Assembly (NCBI RefSeq): GCF_000143415.4
Contig: NW_003314262.1
Coordinates: forward strand, 2,530,603 to 2,594,602
Reading direction: 5' to 3'
Length of the DNA stretch: 64,000 nucleotides
DNA from: Selaginella moellendorffii
Taxonomy: Eukaryota; Plantae; Lycopodiophyta
In this document: one piece after another, positions 11,489 to 24,515 of the stretch
Layout of the letters: each line of letters starts with the position of its first letter
Numbering within the stretch: position 1 is the first letter of the stretch
Made by a program: the position numbers and the translations under genes
The notes under the pieces: generated by a model
The model's input: the letters and a program-made list of their open reading frames with translations, nothing else
The model's database searches: none
What the model was told of the DNA's origin: nothing

Positions 11489-13610
11489 CAATATTGTGGG
11501 AGCTCCAATATCACAAGCTTGTCTCTCTAGTGTCAAGCTAAAATTCTTCTAAATTTTGGGGATTTTTTATGGATCAAGGTTTTAGGTAATGAATAAAAAA
11601 TTAAGATATGTGTAAACAACAGCTATTGGGCAAGTAGTAATGCAGGAAAATTTAATCATAATAAATTATGCTTATTCAGCCACTGCCATTATAAATCATA
11701 TCCTCAAAAAAGGTACTAATTTATAAGAAACTATGTTATAATCATATCCTATAATATCTCAAAGTCCTAATTCCTTATTTATTTTCTTTATAGTTTATGG
11801 AAAAAATAATTTACTAATGAAAGATTTTTTAATAAAAATAAATATAGAATCATTATTATTGATATAAAAGTGTTTTATCACATTTTTATTTTTTAATATA
11901 AAAGAATAATTTCATTTTTTTATTTCAGCATTTAGAAGGTTATGTTCATTAGAAATGTCAAATAGTATAACTTATGGAGGTGGGCATTATTTCTGATTTA
12001 AAGAACTTCTTTAAAACATATTTATAAACAATATTGTAAATCTATTGTGAAAGCATGTTCAGAAAACTGCAGATTATTATACTTTTTAATATAATGCTTT
12101 TTTTTACCGAACAAGATGATAATTTACTTGAGAAAAATAAGATTTAAAGATACTATTTTAAGTGGAATATCATATATTTCTGATTTAACATTAACAACTT
12201 TGAATGCTGGATTTAAAAATAATATAATTTATAATAATAAATATTTAATTTCTAAAAATAGAGAGAATAATTTATTAGTAGCATCAAGCTATAAAATTTC
12301 AAGGCTATGTATTTCTGAATAATTTTTATGCATTACTTATTTTTACAAAAGTCATCTTGTATTATATACAAAAAATAAAAATAATAATGTGGTCTACTAA
12401 GTCACTGTCTTTTTGGATAAATCTTTAAACTATATTAACCAGAAATTAGAAAATAACTTTTTTTAACTTTCCAGGACGGAACCCAGAAGGATGAAGCGTC
12501 CAGCTAGACGAATCCAGAGTTGGTCAACTGGTTGATCAACTCCAGGACTGGAGATTATTATGGGCCCTTGGACCTTCAGAGATGATCAGTTCCATCGGGC
12601 CAGCCTCGTAATTACTATAGACCCAGAGGGCGAAGCTAAGCGTGAGGACCTGCAAAGTTTGCCTGCAGCACTGCTCAACGTGATCAAGGATATGATCGGC
12701 TTTGCAGACCCATGCCACCCAATCTCCCGGCGTCCAATGTCTGGTCATCACCCCTGTCGTCCTGCTGTTCAGCTCACGCACGCGCACAATCGACCGGGGC
12801 GTCGCTCACCCAGCCCTCGCGATTCTTACCAGGCTAAATAGAAACTTTTTAGATTCATTTGTGCCCATAGTTTCCTGGTAGCCAGGATACTAGCGGGATG
12901 TAATAAGCAGCGCCGAGCATTTCAGCAGAGTTGGCACCGATCTTGCAGTAGCACGGCGGAATCGCGTCGAAGGCCGCCCTGCCAAGCTCGAACCGCATGG
13001 CGGCGCGAGCAGAGAAGAGGCAATTCTTCGAGGCGATCAAGCTCACGAGTCTAAGGCCGCTCCAGAGTCCAGAGTCCAGACCTGTAATTATGGTCATGCC
13101 GCTGGAGGCGATCTCTTATTTCCAAAGTACGCAGTTTGTTCTATGCGAGCTGGAGGCCACTGAGCATGGTCCACGGCAGTGGATCTCCTGGATTTTGTTC
13201 GACGTGTTGGGGTTGTGATGCTGGCATCTGTGGGCAGGGGGAAGATCCAAGTAACTTAACCAAGTATAGAGTGAGACATGGAGTTTGCATTGTCCAATAC
13301 TTCCATGCAAGGCGATTACGAGCCACAAGGTGGAACTTACTGTCAATCAGCGTTACCTCAACCTCAAGAAGTATTGCAAACCACGTCCCAGGAGATTGGT
13401 GGTGAGTTTCCTCAAGAAGTGTTTAAGCAAGGTGGAGGAGCCACTTGTTGGGGACAAGCCCAAGATGTAGGTGGTGCCAGCGTTTCCTCAGAAGTTTTTG
13501 CCCAAGGTAGAGGAGATATGCAAGCCACTTGGCAGGCCCAAGACTTTGCTGATATCTTTATTGACGTCGAGGTCTTCGCTAAATTCATGGAAGGCCACAA
13601 GAAGTTGCAC

Positions 13611-13855
13611 TTGGATTACAAGTGAATCGGATTACTAAAGTGATTGCAACCAAACTTGATGAAGGAACTCATCTCGTTGCGATCTCCCAAATCGCGAGCG
13701 CGCTCTATATCGTCGATGATTTCTTCTTTGACTTGCCTGCTCTTCATTCCAAGCGGATGGCACGTTCAACAGGTAAGGAACTTAGCCATCTTGTTTCTTA
13801 TGTACTGAACGTCTTGCATGTCATAGCCTGCTTCACTGGCTTCCAGATAGAACTC
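13611..13855 (-). repeat. Inverted partial duplicate of the 3' end of the 13979-15028 ORF
   Basis: Reverse complement of 14762-15033 with small indels; the ORF track shows the same peptide (ASALYIVDDFFFDLPALHSKRMAR) at both places on opposite strands. Confidence 0.92.
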
Positions 13856-13978
13856 ATCAGTCATCGTTTAGAAAAGAACCGAAACGAATATTCGAGTTCC
13901 ACACGAATATTCGAATCTATGCGATGATTCACATCCACTTAAATTCAAACCAACCGCGCTCTTTCGCGCTCTTCTTCC

Positions 13979-15028
13979 ATGGCATCTCGGGTCTCAAGCC
14001 CGCGGCACTCGGTGTCTCCCAAGCGAGGCTTCTCCGTGCTGGGCCAAGTGAGAAGCGTGAGCAGGGATGAGATCCGGCAAGAAGCTCTCCACGACCCATT
14101 CCTCGAGGTGTATCGATCCGAAAAGAGGCCCCTCTCTCCCCGGAGCCTCACGCACTCCCCCTCCAAGGAGCTCACCTTCATCGCCATCAGCAAGTACACG
14201 GCCCCGGATGGCAGCGACGATCTCCGATCGCTGGGTCGGAGCGTCACCACGCTCCAGGAGCGAGTGGAGGTCCAGGCCAAGGAGCTCGAGGCACAGGCGG
14301 CTATCCTGGAACAGCAGAGCCGGGAGATTAAAGAGCTCCAGCCCATGAAGGAATGGTTCCAGAAGCAAAACATGGAGCTCTACTGGTCGAAAGTTGGCTC
14401 ACCGCGAGGAGTGGCAGCGTTTGAGATCCTGGCCGAGGTCCGCTCCATGCTGTCCAGAGTCATGCACAACCACATCTCGTCAGTCATCGAGACTATCCAG
14501 AGCGAGGACAGTGGCGATTCAAGCGAGCAAGCAGTCGTGTGCGAAGAAAATGCTGCTGCAAGCAGCGCGAGGAGGGGGAGCAAACGCGAGCGTCGGGAGC
14601 ATGCTGATGCATACAGGCAGCTGTTTGGGAAAGGGCCATTCCGGAACAAGAAATTCAAGCACGGGACTTACGAGGACTTACTGATGCATGTGGTTGCCAA
14701 GGAATCCGCCAACGAGGCTGTGGATCCAGCCTTGACTGATGCACTCGAGGCGGCGGAGGCGGAGTTCTATCTGGAAGCCAGTGAGGCCGGCTATGACATG
14801 CAAGATGTTCAGTACATAAGAAGCAAGATGGCTAAGTTCCTTACCTGTGAGAGGAAAAAGCGGAATGAAGCGTGCCATCCGCTTGGAATGAAGAGCAGGC
14901 AAGTCAAAGAAGAAATCGTCGACGATATAGAGCGCGCTTGCGATTCTAAAGACCTGGGAGACCTCAACGAGATTAGTTCCTTTATCAAGTTTGGTTGCCT
15001 GCTCTTCAGGCGCCACAATCACTTGTAA
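13979..15028 (+). CDS. Intronless orphan protein (349 aa) with Ser/Pro/Arg-rich N-terminus and coiled coil
   Basis: Long GC-rich ORF with ATG and TAA; heptad segment LQERVEVQAKELEAQAAILEQQSREIKEL; no family recognised. Confidence 0.6.
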   Translation: MASRVSSPRHSVSPKRGFSVLGQVRSVSRDEIRQEALHDPFLEVYRSEKRPLSPRSLTHSPSKELTFIAISKYTAPDGSDDLRSLGRSVTTLQERVEVQAKELEAQAAILEQQSREIKELQPMKEWFQKQNMELYWSKVGSPRGVAAFEILAEVRSMLSRVMHNHISSVIETIQSEDSGDSSEQAVVCEENAAASSARRGSKRERREHADAYRQLFGKGPFRNKKFKHGTYEDLLMHVVAKESANEAVDPALTDALEAAEAEFYLEASEAGYDMQDVQYIRSKMAKFLTCERKKRNEACHPLGMKSRQVKEEIVDDIERACDSKDLGDLNEISSFIKFGCLLFRRHNHL

Positions 15029-15045
15029 TCCAATTTAAAAGTGCC

Positions 15046-17976
15046 TCAATGAAGAGTGGTAGAAGCAGAAGGAAGACGAGGGCGAATTACATTTAGAGCA
15101 CCTCTTGCAGTCGACTGTAGACGTAAAATTTGCACCTCCGTAAGTAAGAGTTTGAAAAGAATAGCCTACCTCAAAGAAAGAGTTGTAGTTTAAACGTAGA
15201 AGAAACTGCCTCAAGAATGGTGCTCGCTGGCTTCCTGCTAGTTTACTACTTCGCAAAATTGTGTAAAGCGAGTTCGACTTCTTGTTGAACTCCTGAACAA
15301 ACAAACACTGTGATTATCGAAACTTCCTAATTTCAAACAAACTTACCTCCGTTATTTGATCCAGCTCAGCAGCTGTAGAACTCGAAGTGGCATCTTGATG
15401 TTCCATGATGCGGCACAACTGCAGGCATAGTTTGATGATGCTATCCAGTATCCTAGACACTGAACCAATATCTAGAAAAGACTGAGATATTAAAGCTGAC
15501 AAGTACCTGCAGAAAGATCAAGCTAAAAACATTTCAGAATCTGCAAAGAACGTTACTCTTGATGAAATCGAGCCAATTCTGTAAAATCTTTTGATGCCTG
15601 AACGCGCTCTTGCAGCAAATTCCATTGAGACTCGATGACATCCACCTGAGCGAATTAAGAACATTTCGATCATGAGTTCTGTTGAATCTCTTACCTGTAT
15701 GTAGAACTGTAGATTTGTTATCAAATAGGCCATATGTTGTCGAAGCCTCCAAGTAGGCATACCCGAAACTTTGGGATCATCCTTCTTGTGGTTTTTCTGA
15801 CGGCCTCGGGATTCCCTTCGATCACGCTGCATGGCTTTTGCCCAAGATTTCTCGAGCTCAAGCTGAATCCGCTTCAAACGAAGTAGATACTGGAACACCT
15901 TGCTGTATCTGCAATAAACCTTGTAAGACCGTGAAAGATGTTATAGGACCTACTTGGCCAAAACTTCTCGATTGAACAGAAGCTGCAGCGGCCAGTCGAT
16001 GCTATATTCCAGCGCAATGCCATCCCACCCATCATAAGAAGGTCCAACCGCAATGTCCGACAGTGCATCGATGCTGGACCTTTGCTTCACCTCCATCTGT
16101 GAAGGAGGGAGTCCAGAGTTTGCTAACAGTGGCATCCTGGACATGGTTAAACACGTTAACAAGCACCAGCATCAATTAAAAGCTTTACCTTAAGGTAACT
16201 CGCGAGAAGTACTTGTCCTCGTCGCCTATTGTCTTTACTGCAGCCTGTGCCGTGATTTTAAACATTATTGATTGCAAAAGATGTTTTCTAATACCTGCTG
16301 AAAAGGTGCTTTGAGATCTGCCTCTGCCGTCGATGGCCTAGGAGGAAGCTTCATCAAAGATCGGCTCTCTTCCAGAAAACACTGACAATCAAACAGTCAG
16401 TACGAAGGCAATACATTAGCTCACGTACCTGGAAAAAATCTCCCTTAGCAAGAAGAAAATAGTCTTTGAAGGCTTTCAAATGGCCAACCAAATCCGCGTG
16501 AACTACCACAAGCTGCAAGAACCAGATAAAAAAGGACAACTTGGATTGAAAAAACTACTCATACCTTCCAAAGATGTGTGGCCGCGATAGTGCGTATAGA
16601 ATCAATAGAACGTTCAAAAGAAAGTTTGTGGAATAGTGGTCTTTCCTAAAAAAGCAAACCATCAAGCAATCGGGAAAACTGGAGTAATGGCAAAAGTACC
16701 TGAAGTTCGCGAAGCAGTGAGCCAATCTTTTCAGCTTCTTCTTTAGGTAGAAGTTCAGGTCCTTCGTACGCTCCACTGAATGAGTACTGTTTCGTCAAAG
16801 ACGACGAAGCACTTGGATTACGAAGAACTCTCACTGCTTTGCCGACAAATAAAATAGACTCCGCTACCGGTAATTGGATGTAATCTGGTAGCATGTCCTA
16901 TACAAATTACAAGATATGTGACAGTCGAACACAAGACGCTATAATGCATACCAGTCGAACACAATATCCGGTGTGCCAGTCGATCATATTGGCATCTTCA
17001 GTGCCACGCCCAGACTTGGATTTATTTGCTGGTGGCTCGGACGCATCTATGTCCGCTTTCGCCTGCTCGTCTTGAGTCCTGCCAGTAAAGAATCAGAACG
17101 TCATTGTGAGTAGCACAAGAATACCTGCTTATAAAAAACTCTTGATTTTGATCCTGTAGAAGGCCATATACCATCCACCCCGAAAGCTGGCGATACATAA
17201 CCTGGTGTGCTTGCCATAGTAATCTGTAAAACGAAACAAAAGTAAAACGAAAACGTCTTCCTCAAAACTATTTCCCTTACCTTTGGATCCAGGTCTGGAG
17301 TTCTGGGATGCCGCAGTGAGACCTTTCATGCAAAAAATTTAAGAGCTTTCCACCCCGTAGCTTCTTTGATTCCACCTCTCGGACCAAAGCATGTAGTGGA
17401 GGCAACAACAAATCAAACTGCTCTAAAGTCAGACGACAAGCAAAAACCAAAGAGACAAGGTTCTTACTTGCTTGAGGCACTGCGTGACGATGGCCAAAAC
17501 CGGCAATGGATCAGCCAGAATATTTTTCTCCAGCGTAAGAACTGCCGATCGATACTTGGCAAGAACCTCGGTCACTCCATTCGCCACTGCTCTCTGGTAG
17601 ACGCTGTGCTGCTGGACGACAGCCTTGGAATCCTGGAGAGCTCCAATCCAGCTAAGATTTCGCGACTTCAACGCGAAGCGATCCAGCTCCCGGTAGTAAA
17701 ACCCCAGCCGTAGCAGCCGCTCGAGAATTTCCCTGGATTTTCAGCGATCAAGGCAAAGAACACAAGATTTCTCCGCACAAACCTCTCAGACGGCCGCAAG
17801 AACTGAAGATCCGGCGCAATCCGGAACGTACATTCATCGCTGCTCGCCCCGTCAGGATCATCCTGTGCGTAGTGCCTGCTACCGTCCTTGAATCCAAGGC
17901 GCCGATCCTCCTCGTCAGCATCGATGAACACATCGCCAGTGCATCCGACCAGCGCTAGCAGGAGCTCGTGAAGCAT
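15046..17976 (-). CDS. GCP4: Gamma-tubulin complex component 4 (multi-exon)
   Basis: N-terminus MLHELLLALVGCTGDVF; exon peptides LRGGKLLNFLHERSHCGIPELQ, AESILFVGKAVRVLRNP, HLKAFKDYFLLAKGDFFQ, YLITNLQFYIQ, FLRQFLLRLNYNSFFE; last exon ends ...ARGALNVIRPRLPSASTTLH-TGA at 15046. Confidence 0.93.
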
Positions 17977-19739
17977 TCTTCAAGCAAGCCAGTCCCAAAA
18001 CCCTAGAGAGTAAAGGCTAATCGAAAATAAAACGATTTTGAGCTTGCCTCGTCAAATACTTTGTCTATAGATGAAGTGACTAAAGCTCGAGAATAGTGCG
18101 ACTAATTTACAGCTCATGGACTTGAATGTGTGCCTATCAATTCAAGGATATCTGGATCGATAGACCTGCTGTTTTTATGATCTGTGTGTCTTGATTTTGG
18201 AATTTCACCTGATGTGGGAGTTGTAGATTGTGTATAATTAGCAGGAAGAAAGCAATGTTGTATATGAACACCAAATGCAAATTCTCAAAGAATAGATTAA
18301 TCTTGTGTTTATAAATTATATACATGTTTATAATATATTGACAGTTAACACTATTTTCTAAAATTAACAATTAATGAGATTTTGATTATTTTATTCAATG
18401 ATAATATCTGGATTGCATTAATAAAAAATATACTACAGTATGATTAAACAAGAATTGAAACAAATAATGGCAAACAAATGAAGTTCTGCTTCAAAGCTCT
18501 ATATTTCATTACTAATTTAATATTATAGTTTACAGTAATTAATTTATATATTGAGAATATATACCTAAAATAAATAAAAATAAAAATAAAACATTTGTTC
18601 AATGCTTCTTTGGCACTGGCACTAAGAGATTGAGATAGAGTAGCATTAGAACAAACCATAGATCTCTATCAAATAATGCAGAAGAACAACTAAAAGCCTA
18701 GTTTGGTCTTGTTCGGCATGATCACAAACTCAAGAGCTAGGGACTACTAGGCAATCTTATGACTCTTCCAAAATGTTGAGATTAAGCCAAATATAATTCT
18801 CTTCAACAATCTTGATTAATAAGCAAAGAAAGTCACACTTGCCATAGATGATAAGCTATGACCTAAAGCCATTAAAGATAACTCTTAACATCCTCATCAA
18901 CATATATACTAATGTTGCTTGACAAAGTCTTAGATGTTTACAACACTATCAAGTGGAAGAAATGGAAGCTTGATATCCTCATTTACAACATGCACTCAAG
19001 TTCTGCGTGGATAACAATAACATTTATAAGGGCAAAAGCTTGATTGAAGATATGGAGAGGGGGAAGCAATTACTAAATTGTATGATTTACAGGATATTAA
19101 GATCTATACAATTAAAGATAACAGTGGCTATTGAAGTAGCCAAAGGGAAAAACCTAAAAATGATTAAAGGTTTTAACATTATAAAAACTGTGTGTTTATT
19201 AATTTAAATTCATCTCCAAATTTCTAAGCATCCTTGTATATAGTTATCCAATTCACAGCATGTCAAGATCAACTAGAAACATGAGGATATTGTAGTGGAT
19301 GTGATAGTAAGCTCTAGCAATATAAAATAATAGTGTATATTAGAATTCTAGACAAGAGAAACCAATGCTAAAATGAATGACTTTTTAAAAAGTCCAAAGT
19401 AAAGAGCTTACACCTAGTATTAAAGAAGGATTAAGTTTGCTAAAAGAATCACATTATATATTAATATTGATATTTAGAAATTTAATTTATTTTACCTGAG
19501 CTAAACTTAAGTGGTAGAATATCAAAAGAGTGGCTTCTTAAGAAAGCCATGGGTAAATTCTATTTACAAAGGCATGAACTTGCAAGAAAGTATAAAGCAA
19601 TAAAGGAAAGAAAGAGATTTATTAAGATTCAATAATAGAGAAAGTGAATAAAGGTCCCAAAAAGTCTAAACTAAAAATCTTACAACCATGTTTGACAAGT
19701 TCAAGAACTAAGCTCATACTCTATAAGTTATGACAATTA

Positions 19740-20767
19740 TTTCTAGCTAAAGATCCAAAATGGAGCTCTGACCTAAAAAGTCAAGAGTGGGAATGGAATT
19801 CCTAAAGAAATATTTAAGGAGTGAATATGAAATAGTAATTTTAAAAAAGAGACAAAAAAAATGATTAACACTTAGAAGTGTCAAAACTGAAGCCTTAAAA
19901 CCTGAGGACTAGAAGTGGGACAATGTTAAAATCATTTTCCCCAACTAAGAAACTAAGATATTTGGAGTTTGATATATCTTTAGGTGAAGTTTAAAGTAAT
20001 CATCTCCCAAACCTTGAGGGGTTTGGTAAATCCTTATGAGATAATTGGGGGAGGACTCTACATAAGCCAATGTGACTAAAAAAGTATTATACTCATGCAG
20101 TAGGTGATGATATAAATATTAAGAAGTCCAAAACTAAAGTGAACCTTTCACCCTTATAGGTGAAAGTAAATTAAATGTATAATTCCCAAAAGCACCAATG
20201 CATAAAACTCATGGATTCAATATATCATTGCAATTGCAATTGCTTGTTCCTAATGGCCTATCCTTCCACTAATAGTTATGTGGTGAGGAAGTCTCAGAGG
20301 TTAACATGACTTAGTAGACAAGTCTTCAAGTTGACTTAAATGGCAAATATTAGCAAATACTATCGTGATTGGAAAAGGATTAAGTGGGATCAAGGAAAAT
20401 ACATTGGAGGATAGTGATTTTCTACATCTTAAGGTATTCTAAAGATGCTAATTAGTGATCATAAGATAGCCACTCATAGAATAGATTGGAGGGATGGGTT
20501 TATAGTAATGAATTACTAATGAGATAGTGAATACAAACATGGCTTTAGTGTAAAACATTGATATATTATTAATACTTTTAGGTGTCTGAAATGGGATTTA
20601 GACACATGGAATATTTGAACTATATGTACAGTTAATGTGGATATAAAGCTAACTTTAAGGTCATACTAATGACTCTAAGTTGGGATGAGGATTTATAGAG
20701 GTTGTGAATGAGACTCTTAAACTATAGATAAGTGATTAAAGTAAAATGGAAAATTTAATCACTTAAA
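19740..20767. mobile_element. Old, CpG-depleted family B LTR copy in the opposite orientation
   Basis: 20731-20767 AGTGATTAAAGTAAAATGGAAAATTTAATCACTTAAA matches the rc of 5419-5455; 19980-20060 matches the rc of 6340-6415; 19750-19890 matches the rc of 7100-7250. The left boundary is uncertain. Confidence 0.7.
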
Positions 20768-22569
20768 TTTACATTGATGTGGCAAATAAATTAATGTGAA
20801 TTACAATATTATGGCAAATAAAGAATTAATATTTAGTATTAATATGTATAATAAACTATATAAATTTGGCTTGCATATCAATATGTGTTTATGCCTTGAT
20901 CACAAAATTGCAATCAACATTATTTTTTGACTTATACATATATGTTTAAATAATTTAAACACATGTTTTATTGCAATATGATTGAATTATGTGCTACATC
21001 AGAACATCTGTGTACCTCTTTTAAATATATAATCATCTTTTGATTATCATAAATTTTTTATAAATATATAAAAAATTATAATCTACTTAAATATTGTCTA
21101 TATTGATACAATATACTTTTCATTTTACCAAATACCTTATATTTTTGCTTATCTTTTCTCATTTACTTGATCATGCCATCTATTATAGTAGTAAGGCCAT
21201 ATAACCAAAATAAATAGATAAAACATTTGGCTCAAATAGTTTTTATAAAACACTTTAATAATTTATATATTATTATCTTTAAAAACTTTATCATGATTAT
21301 AACTATTACCATATTATAAAAAAATTTAATATAAGAAAACTGAATAAAAAATAACTATAATTTTTTTACTGGGTCACATTCAAAATAATTTTACTCTTAA
21401 TTAAATCCTTAAAATTTTTACTTACATACCTACTAGAAGCTTTAGTTTATATTTCATATTATTTATTTTTTCAATAATTTTGAATGGCTAAGATTATTAA
21501 ACTTATCATTTTTAACATATTTAAAATTTAAAACTTATATACAGTAACCCTGGAATTGTAGCTTTGCCCATCCTTGAATCCAAGCCCTGTATTCTTTCAT
21601 TCTAATATTAATTCTCACTATAGCTAGGGTCGTGACCGCACTATTTTCTTTACATGAAACTTTAATTAAAGTTTATAGAACCTTAGCTAAGTAAAAATAT
21701 CCTTTTTTCTGTGTTGCCACATTGGAACACAAATAATTTAGCAACTCCCTAATAATAAAGATCAAAATTCCAATGAAATAAACGAGATTTGTGGATTCTA
21801 ACATGAAAAACTTTTATAGTACAAGTGTAATTTTTCCCAATTTATTCCTTTGGTAGTGGAAATGCTATTAGGATTTTTATGATTTTTTTTTTTCGGTAAG
21901 AAGGATTCTAAAATGGTGACTCATTTGATGAAGATTTGTAGTCATGTATATATTAATTTTTGAATAAATAAATAATTTTACTTTATTTTAATGGATATCA
22001 AGAAATAAATATAGAAATTATATAAGCCTTTTATCTTGATAAGGTTTTCTAAGACTATATAAAAATAAATGATACATAGTTCTCTCAAGTGAAACACCAA
22101 TAACAGTTTTGATTAAGAATGCCAAAATATATATTATTAAATTATTCAGATTATTAAATATTATCACAATTTTAATTTTAAATTCATTATTTTGACTGAA
22201 AGCCTTTTTAGAAAAAAATCAATTTTAAAAAAATACTTTTTAATTTAACTAAATAACTATTTTGTGTAATAAATATCATCCTTAAATTCAAATCTATATA
22301 CATATAAATTGAGGTGCATTACATTAGATGTGATTGTTATTAAGAATTTAGACTTTAGTGTCAAGTTTACTATGATTTTCATCATTACCATATCTATTTA
22401 TATAAGGTTCTATAGTAGGGATAGTTGTCAAAAGCATAGGCAACCACTGAAAACATGTGTTGCTCCTTATTTTATATCCAACTTAGGTTTAAGTTTGTAA
22501 GAAACTAACTCACTAAAATGTTGTAGGCTAGAGGATCCCTTAAAATCACAATTAGAATAGTAAAGGGTT

Positions 22570-22800
22570 CATTGGATAAGACTGAGTTTAAGACTGATTA
22601 TGTCCAAGATTAAGTCCAAGAAGATTAAGTCCAAGATCAAGTTCAAGCCAAGTCCAAAATCTAAGATTAAATCCAAGATCTGAGATTACATTTGAGACTG
22701 AGTCTAATACTAAATTCGAAACCAAAGTACAAGTACTAATATAGGTTATAGGTTAAAAGCTCAGGGATGTGAAAAGTTTCAAAAGTATAATAAGGATAGG
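22570..22800. repeat. Decayed family B-like minisatellite/LTR fragment
   Basis: AAGTCCAAG/AGATTAAG short repeats resemble G-to-A decayed GAGTCCGAG units, followed by AAGTTTCAAAAGTATAATAAGG (cf. rc of 6345-6365). Confidence 0.45.
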
Positions 22801-23058
22801 CCTTAGCATTAAAAACCTTCTCCAATGATGTTTTTAAATCAAGTTAGGATTGAAATTGGGGGTGAATAACATTAGGTGGGAATGAATGTGGGGAGTGTTA
22901 AAGAAGCTCCCAGAAAGGAAACTGACAACAGTGCTCCCAACTTAAGTGGTGTGGTGCCCCACTTTAGTACCATGAAAAACACTCTTTTCCATACACTGAA
23001 CTTCAAAAATTCTTCTAGGGTGACATTGGCAATGGCTGGGATGTCCTTGCCTCACTAG

Positions 23059-23430
23059 GGACGTTTTCAGTGCCAAGAGATGCGGCTGTGCAACCAGCTC
23101 GAAAATCATGATGATGCAAATTGAGAAAGAGGATGAGGGCCATAACATTGTGGAAGCAGGCTTCGCGGGTGTATGGAATTGGAGCACAGGTAATGGATCA
23201 AACACTTGAGAACTTTGCAACTAATTGAACTTTCGTTTTACAAATTCTAAGGGACGTGGGTGTTAGAATGATGAAGCTCATGACAAACAATCCAGCAAAG
23301 TATATGGCATTGAAAGGCCATGGTTTGGTGATCACTCATTTCAGTGATCTCCACTATCACTGACGAGAACAAGCGCTACTTGGAAACCAAGCGCGAGAAA
23401 ATGGGCCATGTCTATGGCTCGGACTTATTT
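23059..23430 (+). pseudogene. RIBA (GTP cyclohydrolase II) C-terminal fragment
   Basis: Translates to DVFSAKRCGC..., [31 protein letters not shown]...[21 protein letters not shown] with frameshifts and deletions; no N-terminal part. Confidence 0.8.
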
Positions 23431-23579
23431 CTCATTGCTGACAAGGTAAATGGGGAGAAAAAGAGCCAAAATTCTCTTTAATAATACGTCGAGTGTTCGA
23501 ATCTCGGTAATCATCAAATTCTTTCCAAATTTGCAAGCTGGAAATTTCCGAACATGAAAAACTTTCCCATTGAGAGAGC

Positions 23580-24077
23580 AGCCTTACCTCTAACTGGTTT
23601 GGAAGAAAACTGTTGGACGGCTTTCAATGTCGATGCCGCTTTTGCGACTGACAGCACCTGGAAAAACTAGTGAGAAAAACCTAAAGCCGAAGAAGATCAT
23701 CCAGGCTCTGGAAGAGATCGCTTCGAGCAACATGTCAGTCTCGCTGTTAATCTCTATGACCGCGGCACCTTTCTCGAAGTGTGCCAGTCCAAGCAATCCT
23801 TCCGCAGCCACACGAGAAGATTTCTTCGTCGCAGCAGCAAGACCCTTCTTCCTCGGCTCAGTAAACGCATTCTCTATAGAAAAAACCAAAGAAAAAAATA
23901 ATTCTTCCTTCCTTTCCACAATCTCATCGAGAGCATACCTTCGTTTCACGTGACATCCTTGATCGGCGCTCCCGTCCGCTCGCGCAGAGTCTTGATGAGA
24001 AGGAAGCATCGACCGAGAACGATTTCGATTATTCTAGGAAATCCAGGCTCTTACAAATCGCCGTCGCCGCGCGCCAT
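23580..24077 (-). pseudogene. Mitochondrial-type EF-Ts pseudogene, N-terminal half (inverted)
   Basis: [16 protein letters not shown]...[23 protein letters not shown]...VIEINSETD, with frameshifts and retained introns. Confidence 0.85.
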
Positions 24078-24515
24078 TGCAAGGTAGGGCTTGGAGCTGG
24101 ACCACGCATCAATCACCAGAGAGCTTTGTGTACGCGAGCGACGCAGTCTCGGAAGTTGCCGCTATCACGCGAGAAAATGTGAGACTTCGAAGAGCTTTCT
24201 ATATGTCTTCGCAAAGAGGGATCGTGTCCTCGTATTTGCACATGAGTATCAGGTACTTGTAAATTCCACAGTTTGCTCGTTTTTCACAGATTTATTCTGA
24301 AAGGCTTATCTCTGCTCGCGGGGCTCGTTTCGCTCGAGGTTGAAGATGGGCTCGCATTCGGAAACACTGAAAAGCTTGGGCTCGTCTCTTGCAATGCATG
24401 TTGTTGCTGCAAGGCCGCTGTTTTTGTCTAAGGAACTCGTGGACTCTGAAGCACTGGAGCATGAGCGGAACAGTTTTGTTGTTGCAGACCTCGACTGCTG
24501 GAAAAAAAGGTAAGT
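24078..24515 (+). pseudogene. EF-Ts pseudogene, central/C-terminal half
   Basis: DAVSEVAAITRENVRLRRAFYMSSQRGIVSSYLH and LGSSLAMHVVAARPLFLSKELVDSEALEHER on the opposite strand to the N-terminal half. Confidence 0.85.

Noticed and set aside
12470-13600. GC-richer coding-like stretch
   Set aside because: Short broken ORFs with no family I can recognise; probably gene relics, not callable.
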